Source: Gammaproteobacteria bacterium
Lineage (GTDB): Bacteria; Pseudomonadota; Gammaproteobacteria; Steroidobacterales; XN24
Assembly: GCA_037383845.1 (NCBI GenBank)
Contig: JARRON010000012.1
Location: forward strand, 752-64,751
Length of the DNA: 64,000 bases
Reading direction: 5' to 3'
Shown: positions 59,078 to 64,000 of the stretch, piece after piece
Position numbering within the stretch: the first letter of the stretch is position 1
How the letters are laid out: each line of letters begins with the position of its first letter
Made by a program: the position numbers and the translations under genes
The notes under the pieces: model-generated
Databases searched by the model: none
Told to the model about the DNA's origin: nothing
The model's input: only the letters and a program-made list of their open reading frames with translations

Positions 59078-59216
59078 AGCAGTATGCCGAACGGCGCGGA
59101 GCCCCGGCCCACGGGTGCGCGGCGCCTGTGGCTGGCTGCCATGGCATTGCGTGTCGGACACTTCCCCGGCAGCCGGCGATGCTCCGGTGCTCGGGCGGAA
59201 GGACCCCGGGGGCCCG

Positions 59217-60698
59217 TCAGTCCCCGAGAGCCTCGGCCCGGCGGGCGATTTCCTTCACGGCGCTGCGGACCAGCGGTCCGTAGAGGGGAAGGTGGGCATA
59301 CCAGTACACCAGACCCCAGAAGCCGGCGGGATGCCAGTAGGCGCAGAGCTCAACGACCCGCCCGCCGTTCCGGTCCCGGATGGTGAACTCCTGGAGGCCG
59401 GAGCCGGGAGCCCGCATCAGCATCGAATAGGTGATTCGCTTGTCGGGCTCCATTCCCAGCACGCGCCACCCGTCCACGACGTCCCCCATGCGTACCGCCT
59501 CGGAATCCCGGCGGCCGGTGCGGAAGCTGGGTCCGCCGATCAGCCAGTCGAAGGCGCGACGGAGCCACCACAACGGGCGATAGGAGAAGAAGTCACCCCT
59601 GGCGCCGAAGGTCTGCAGTACCCTGAAGAGGGCGCCCGCCGACGCCGTGGTCTCGGCCTCGCCGCACCACGACTTGGCGTAAAACGAGTGCTTCGGGTTC
59701 CAGTCCCGGCAGGCGATGGAGCCTTCCACCCAGCGGGCGGGCACCTCGTGGCGCTTCTCCGCTTCCAGGGTGGCGGCCACGGACTCCCGGAAGGTGAGCA
59801 GCCGCTGCGGGACAAGCTGCCGGATTTCCCTGTCTTCGCCGACATAGTCGTGGGCGAGCCCCTCCACCAGGGACATGGCCGTGGTCGGCGGCACGGAGGT
59901 CACCAGGTACAGCCAGTAGCTGGACAGGGTGGGCGTCAGGACGGGCACGGGAATGACGAGCGGTTTCCTGCCCACGAATTCCCCGTAGATGTCCATGATT
60001 TCCTGGTAGGTCAGCACCTCCGGGCCCGCCAGCTCGAGAACCCGGTTGCCTTCCAGGGGCAGGTCCGCGGCGGCGATGGTGTAGTTCAGCACGTTCTCCA
60101 GCGCGATGGGCGTGGAGCGCCGCCGCACCCATTTCGGCGTGATCATGAGCGGCAGGTGATTGACCAGGTCGCGGATGACCTCGAAGGCCGCTGAGCCCGG
60201 CCCGACGATCATGGCCGCCTGCAGCTCGATGACCTGGACAGCGCCCTCCCGGAGGGTCTCGCCCACCGCCATGCGGCCTTCCATGTGACGGGAGCGTTTG
60301 TCCTTCGGCATGATGCCGCCGAGGTAAACGATGCGCCGGACGCCGGCGGCCTCGCAGGCCCGGCGCACGTTCTCCGCAGCCCTCCGCTCCACCGGCACGA
60401 AGTCCTTGCCACTCCACATCATGTGCACGAGGTAATAGACGACGTCCGCACCCTCGAGCACGGCGGGCAGCGTTTCCGGCTGAAGCACGTCGGCCGACAC
60501 GCATTCCACCCCCTGCCATTCCCGGGCCTCGAGCACCGCCGCGTTCCGGGCCACGGCCCGCACGTCCCAGCCGTGGGCGGCCAGGGCCGGCGTGAGGTTG
60601 GAGCCCATGTAGCCGCTGGCGCCCAGCACGACGGCCACCCGGCCTTTGCCGTCGGGCAGCCCGGGGGAAGGGAAATCCGGATGGGAGTCTGTCGCCAT
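59217..60698 (-). CDS. NAD(P)-binding atypical SDR fused to a DUF2867-type C-terminal domain
   Basis: ATG at 60698 inside ORF 59217..60809. Rossmann motif VAVVLGASGYMGSNL. The Trp-rich C-terminal half (FFSYRPLWWLRRAFDWLIGG, WHPAGFWGLVYWY) fits DUF2867. Confidence 0.75.
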   Translation of the reverse strand: MATDSHPDFPSPGLPDGKGRVAVVLGASGYMGSNLTPALAAHGWDVRAVARNAAVLEAREWQGVECVSADVLQPETLPAVLEGADVVYYLVHMMWSGKDFVPVERRAAENVRRACEAAGVRRIVYLGGIMPKDKRSRHMEGRMAVGETLREGAVQVIELQAAMIVGPGSAAFEVIRDLVNHLPLMITPKWVRRRSTPIALENVLNYTIAAADLPLEGNRVLELAGPEVLTYQEIMDIYGEFVGRKPLVIPVPVLTPTLSSYWLYLVTSVPPTTAMSLVEGLAHDYVGEDREIRQLVPQRLLTFRESVAATLEAEKRHEVPARWVEGSIACRDWNPKHSFYAKSWCGEAETTASAGALFRVLQTFGARGDFFSYRPLWWLRRAFDWLIGGPSFRTGRRDSEAVRMGDVVDGWRVLGMEPDKRITYSMLMRAPGSGLQEFTIRDRNGGRVVELCAYWHPAGFWGLVYWYAHLPLYGPLVRSAVKEIARRAEALGD

Positions 60699-60979
60699 GC
60701 CGCTCACCGACTGTTGTTTCGGGAGACGCTCTCCCGGATGCGCGGGCAGCGGCCGCCGGTCGACCGTGCGCGCTCCTTGTCCCCGGTGGTCTCCGGGCGA
60801 TCCCGCCATGGCCTTCCGCCCGGCTTCGCGGCGCGCATCCCGTCGACATCCGCCGCGTTGGACAGGTCCCGGTGGCCCCGCGATCCCGCTCGCTGCCCGC
60901 CGGAGGACGACGCAGGCTCGGCACCTCCGGCCCGGACGTCATACACTGCGGTTTCGGGCCGGTTCACCCGGCGGGGGGA

Positions 60980-63079
60980 ATGATGGTACCTGAAGAGACC
61001 GGGCCGTCGGCGAAGCCAGCCACGGCCTCGTCGCGAAAATACAGGGCTTTTATCAGCTACAGCCACACCGACCGGAGCTGGGGCGAGTGGCTCCACCGGG
61101 CACTGGAGACCTACCGGGTGCCGAAGCGGCTGGTCGGGCGCGCCACGAACATGGGTACGGTGCCGCGGCGCATCGCGCCGGTGTTCCGGGACCGGGAGGA
61201 ACTGCCTACCGCCACCAGCCTGGGGGCGGTCATTAACGAGGCCCTTCAGGACTCCGCCACGCTGGTGGTCATCTGTTCTCCCGCCGCGGCCCGTTCCCGG
61301 TGGGTCAACGAGGAAATTCTCACCTACAAGCGCCTTGGCCGCGGGGACCGGATTCTCGCGCTCATCGTCGCCGGCGAGCCCAACTCGTCGGACAAGGCCG
61401 ACGACGGAACGGAGGAGTGTTTCCCGGAGGCGCTGCGGTACAGGACCGGCCCGGACGGCGAGCTGACCTCGGCGCGGGAGGAGCCGGTGGCGGCAGACCT
61501 GCGCCCGGGGGGCGACGGCAAGGCCGCGGCCAAGCTCAAGCTGGTGGCAGGCATCCTGGGCGTGGGCTACGACGAGCTGCGGCAGCGGGAGCAGCAGCGC
61601 CGATTCCGCCGGCTGGTCGCCGTCACGGCTGCCTCCGTGGCCGGCGTGCTGATTGCCGCGGCGCTGACGGTGGACGCAATGCTGGCCCGCCAGGAAGCGG
61701 AAGCCGAGCGCGCCCGGGCCGAGGCCGCCCTGGACGAGTCCGAGGCGGTCACGGACTTCCTCACCTCCATGCTGGGGGCCGCCAGCCCGGCGGAGCAGGG
61801 CCGGGATGTGACCGTGCGGGAGGTTCTGGACCAGGCGGCCAATCGCCTCGAGGTGCAGTTCGCAGAGCAGCCCCTGCTGGAAGCACGCATGCTGCATACC
61901 CTGGCCAGCACCTACGGCGCCCTGGGGTACTTTGACGTCGCAAAGGACCAGTTCGAAAAGGCCTACGGCATCCGGTCCGAGCGCCTGGGTCCCGTCGATC
62001 CCGAGACCCTGGAGTCGAGACGGGATCTCGCCTCGACGCTGGTTGAGCTGGAGCAACGGGATGCTGCCACCGCGGAGTTGAGAGAGATGCTGGCGCTGGA
62101 GCGGCAGGTCTTCGGGCCGGATCATCCCGGTACGCTGAAGACCCAGGCCAGCCTGGGCGTGGCCCTCGTGCGCGCGGACGAGCTGGTGGAGGCCGAAGCG
62201 CTGCTGCAGGACGGCCTCGAGCGGGCCGAAACCGCGCTCGGCCCGGATTCGCCAGAGACCCTCATGTTGATGAACGGCCTTTCCAGTATCCACTGGCAGC
62301 GGCGCGAGCTCGAGCCGATGATGGCCCTGAACACGCGGATCCTGGAAGCGACCCGCGGGCGCTACGGCGATCTCCATCCGGATACGGTGAGCGCCATCCA
62401 CAATCTTGCCACCGCCTATTTCCTGGCCAGCGACCGGCTGATGTATTCCGGCGAAGCCATAGGCAACACGCCGGCGCTGCAGCGTGCCGCCGAGCTGTAT
62501 GCGGAGGCGTCCGCGAAGGGGAAGGCCCTCTACGGCGAGGATCATCCTTCGCCCTACATCAGCCAGTTCATGTACGGCGTCTGCCGGCTGAATATCGGTG
62601 AGTACGACGCCGCGGAACAGGCGTTCCATGAGGTGGTCCGTGCCCGGGAGCGGCTGTCAGGTCCCGACTCGCAGGGCGTTTTCTCCCCCAAGGGCCAGCT
62701 GGCGCGCCTGTACATCCGCCAGAAACGCTTCGAGGAGGCGCGGGACCTGATGGCCGGGGTCGTCGAGGGGGCGGTCCGGGTCCTCGGCGAGGAGCACACG
62801 GCTACCCAGGTCTACCGGTATCGGCTCGGCATCGCGCTGATGCACCTGGAAGCCTATGAGGAAGCCGAGTCCGTCCTTCTCAACGCCCACGGGCATCTGC
62901 TCGAAGCCCGGGGTGCGGATCACGACTGGACCCAGTGGTCCGCCAAGGTGCTCAGCGAGCTCTACGAACGCCTGGACCGGCCCGAGGAAGCGCGCCAGTG
63001 GATGGACCGCGTGGACCCGGAGTGGAACGCGGCCATGGAAGAGGTCCGCGCCCAGAACACGGCGCCGTTCTACGACTGA
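60980..63079 (+). CDS. TIR domain - single TM helix - TPR repeat protein
   Basis: ATG at 60980 inside ORF 60872..63079. TIR region: YRAFISYSHTDRSWGEWLHRALE..., LVVICSPAAARSRWVNEEI. Arg-rich stop-transfer RQREQQRRFRRL, then TM helix VAVTAASVAGVLIAAALTV. After that, about 430 aa of TPR_10/12-like repeats (LHTLASTYGALGYFDVA, GPDHPGTLKTQASLG, GPDSPETL, HPDTVSAIHNLA...). Confidence 0.85.
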   Translation: MMVPEETGPSAKPATASSRKYRAFISYSHTDRSWGEWLHRALETYRVPKRLVGRATNMGTVPRRIAPVFRDREELPTATSLGAVINEALQDSATLVVICSPAAARSRWVNEEILTYKRLGRGDRILALIVAGEPNSSDKADDGTEECFPEALRYRTGPDGELTSAREEPVAADLRPGGDGKAAAKLKLVAGILGVGYDELRQREQQRRFRRLVAVTAASVAGVLIAAALTVDAMLARQEAEAERARAEAALDESEAVTDFLTSMLGAASPAEQGRDVTVREVLDQAANRLEVQFAEQPLLEARMLHTLASTYGALGYFDVAKDQFEKAYGIRSERLGPVDPETLESRRDLASTLVELEQRDAATAELREMLALERQVFGPDHPGTLKTQASLGVALVRADELVEAEALLQDGLERAETALGPDSPETLMLMNGLSSIHWQRRELEPMMALNTRILEATRGRYGDLHPDTVSAIHNLATAYFLASDRLMYSGEAIGNTPALQRAAELYAEASAKGKALYGEDHPSPYISQFMYGVCRLNIGEYDAAEQAFHEVVRARERLSGPDSQGVFSPKGQLARLYIRQKRFEEARDLMAGVVEGAVRVLGEEHTATQVYRYRLGIALMHLEAYEEAESVLLNAHGHLLEARGADHDWTQWSAKVLSELYERLDRPEEARQWMDRVDPEWNAAMEEVRAQNTAPFYD

Positions 63080-63200
63080 GCGCGGGCCCGGCACGGGATG
63101 GTTCCCCGATCCTGTAAACTGAAGCGGACGGTCTGTCCCGGCAGCCGGGAAGAGACCTTTCGCCGACAACGAGCTAAGAACTCGCAGAAGGAAGATTCCG

Positions 63201-64000
63201 ATGAACAAAACGTTCGGATCCGGCGCCTGGCAGCAGGTGCTGCCGGTCGCTATGTGCCTGCTCACGATCCCGCTTCTGCAGGCCCAGGCGGACGAGCCCG
63301 GCCAGAGCCAGGCGGACATCGCCAAGAAGCTGGCCAACCCCATCGCGTCTCTTGTCAGCGTGCCGTTCCAGGCCAATTACGACGACAACTTCGGCCCGCG
63401 TGACGAAGGGTCGCTCTGGAGACTCAACATCCAGCCCGTCATCCCGTTCTCCATCGGCGAAGACTGGAACCTGATTTCCCGAACCATTCTGCCGGTCGTC
63501 GACCAGGACGGGTTCCCAACCCCGGGCTACCACGAATTCGGACTGAGCGACACGGTGCAGAGCGTGTTCTTCTCGCCGAAGGCGGAGACCGACAGCGGGT
63601 GGATCTGGGGTGCGGGGCCGGTGTTCCTGATCCCGACTGCCACCGATGAGTTCCTCGGCACCGAGAAGTGGGGCATCGGGCCCACGGCGGTGGCGCTCAA
63701 GCAGTCCGGCCCCTGGACCTACGGCGGGCTGGCCAACCACATCGAGTCCTTCGCCGGCGCAGGTGACAGGGCGGACGTGAGCGCAACCTTCCTGCAGCCC
63801 TTCCTGACGTACATTCTTCCCAGCCAGACCACCATCGCACTGAACACCGAGTCCACCTATGACTGGGAAGCCGAGCAGTGGTCGATTCCCCTCAACCTGA
63901 CGGCACTGCAGATGGTGAATCTGGGTGGCCAGCTCGCCCAGGTAGGCGCCGGTGTCCGCTACTGGGCCGATTCGCCTGACTCGGGCCCCGAGGGCTGGGG
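63201..64000 (+). CDS. outer-membrane beta-barrel protein (MetA-pathway/'transporter' OMP family), 5' part only
   Basis: Absent from the ORF track because it runs off the right edge. ATG at 63201 after GAAGGAAG. My translation is MNKTFGSGAWQQVLPVAMCLLTIPLLQAQA/DEP...LANPIASLVSVPFQANYD...LNIQPVIPF...GLSDTVQSVFFSP...GAGPVFLIPTAT...FLQPFLTY. Confidence 0.7.
   Translation, partial: MNKTFGSGAWQQVLPVAMCLLTIPLLQAQADEPGQSQADIAKKLANPIASLVSVPFQANYDDNFGPRDEGSLWRLNIQPVIPFSIGEDWNLISRTILPVVDQDGFPTPGYHEFGLSDTVQSVFFSPKAETDSGWIWGAGPVFLIPTATDEFLGTEKWGIGPTAVALKQSGPWTYGGLANHIESFAGAGDRADVSATFLQPFLTYILPSQTTIALNTESTYDWEAEQWSIPLNLTALQMVNLGGQLAQVGAGVRYWADSPDSGPEGW

Overview
High-GC proteobacterial chromosomal segment, coding densely on both strands (about 60 genes). 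I recognised no rRNA, tRNA, CRISPR array, IS element or phage genes. All calls come from reading the supplied translations and the DNA by eye; no searches were run.

Layout:
- 1-9.0 kb: housekeeping genes (nfi fragment, Hsp20, Pat-type GNAT, AMMECR1, rhomboid, putP, patatin, YbaK-like, SLC13 permease).
- 9.1-17.8 kb: an acetate-switch block. It holds a DUF4212 protein plus an SSS symporter (reading frame broken), a CrbS-like hybrid kinase, a CrbR-like regulator and acs.
- 18.5-30.2 kb: porin, DUF294 protein, phaB-like gene, phaR, phaP, phaA, phaC, then a DEDD exonuclease, a zinc deaminase, a second DUF294 protein and a second phaB.
- 30.4-36.3 kb: deoxyhypusine-synthase-like gene, crcB and DUF190; then XdhC, Fe-ADH and an SCP2-like protein; then a Zn-ribbon protein and a PlsC-type acyltransferase.
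- 36.5-41.1 kb: an envelope cluster (EF-hand protein, apparently frameshifted small lipoprotein, LssY-like lipoprotein, two alpha/beta-hydrolase lipoproteins, SRPBCC protein).
- 41.2-55.2 kb: YdjM-like hydrolase, phosphoketolase, a Cys-rich secreted protein with DUF2182 and DUF1326, an FNT channel with a secreted DsrE-like protein, pntAB, and a katG with a signal peptide.
- 55.8-64 kb: a BCCT transporter whose gene overlaps that of an OpuAC-type binding protein, which in turn overlaps a trypsin-fold protein lacking the catalytic serine; then an SDR/DUF2867 protein, a TIR-TM-TPR protein and a partial outer-membrane barrel.

Strongest candidates for undescribed biology:
1. The exonuclease-deaminase-DUF294 module, with a second DUF294 paralog on the other side of the pha genes.
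2. The single-pass TIR-TPR receptor-like protein.
3. The BCCT, binding-protein and pseudoprotease operon.

Two membrane proteins look internally truncated: the SSS symporter (frame-breaking loss of one helix region) and PntA (only 2 of the expected 4 TM helices).
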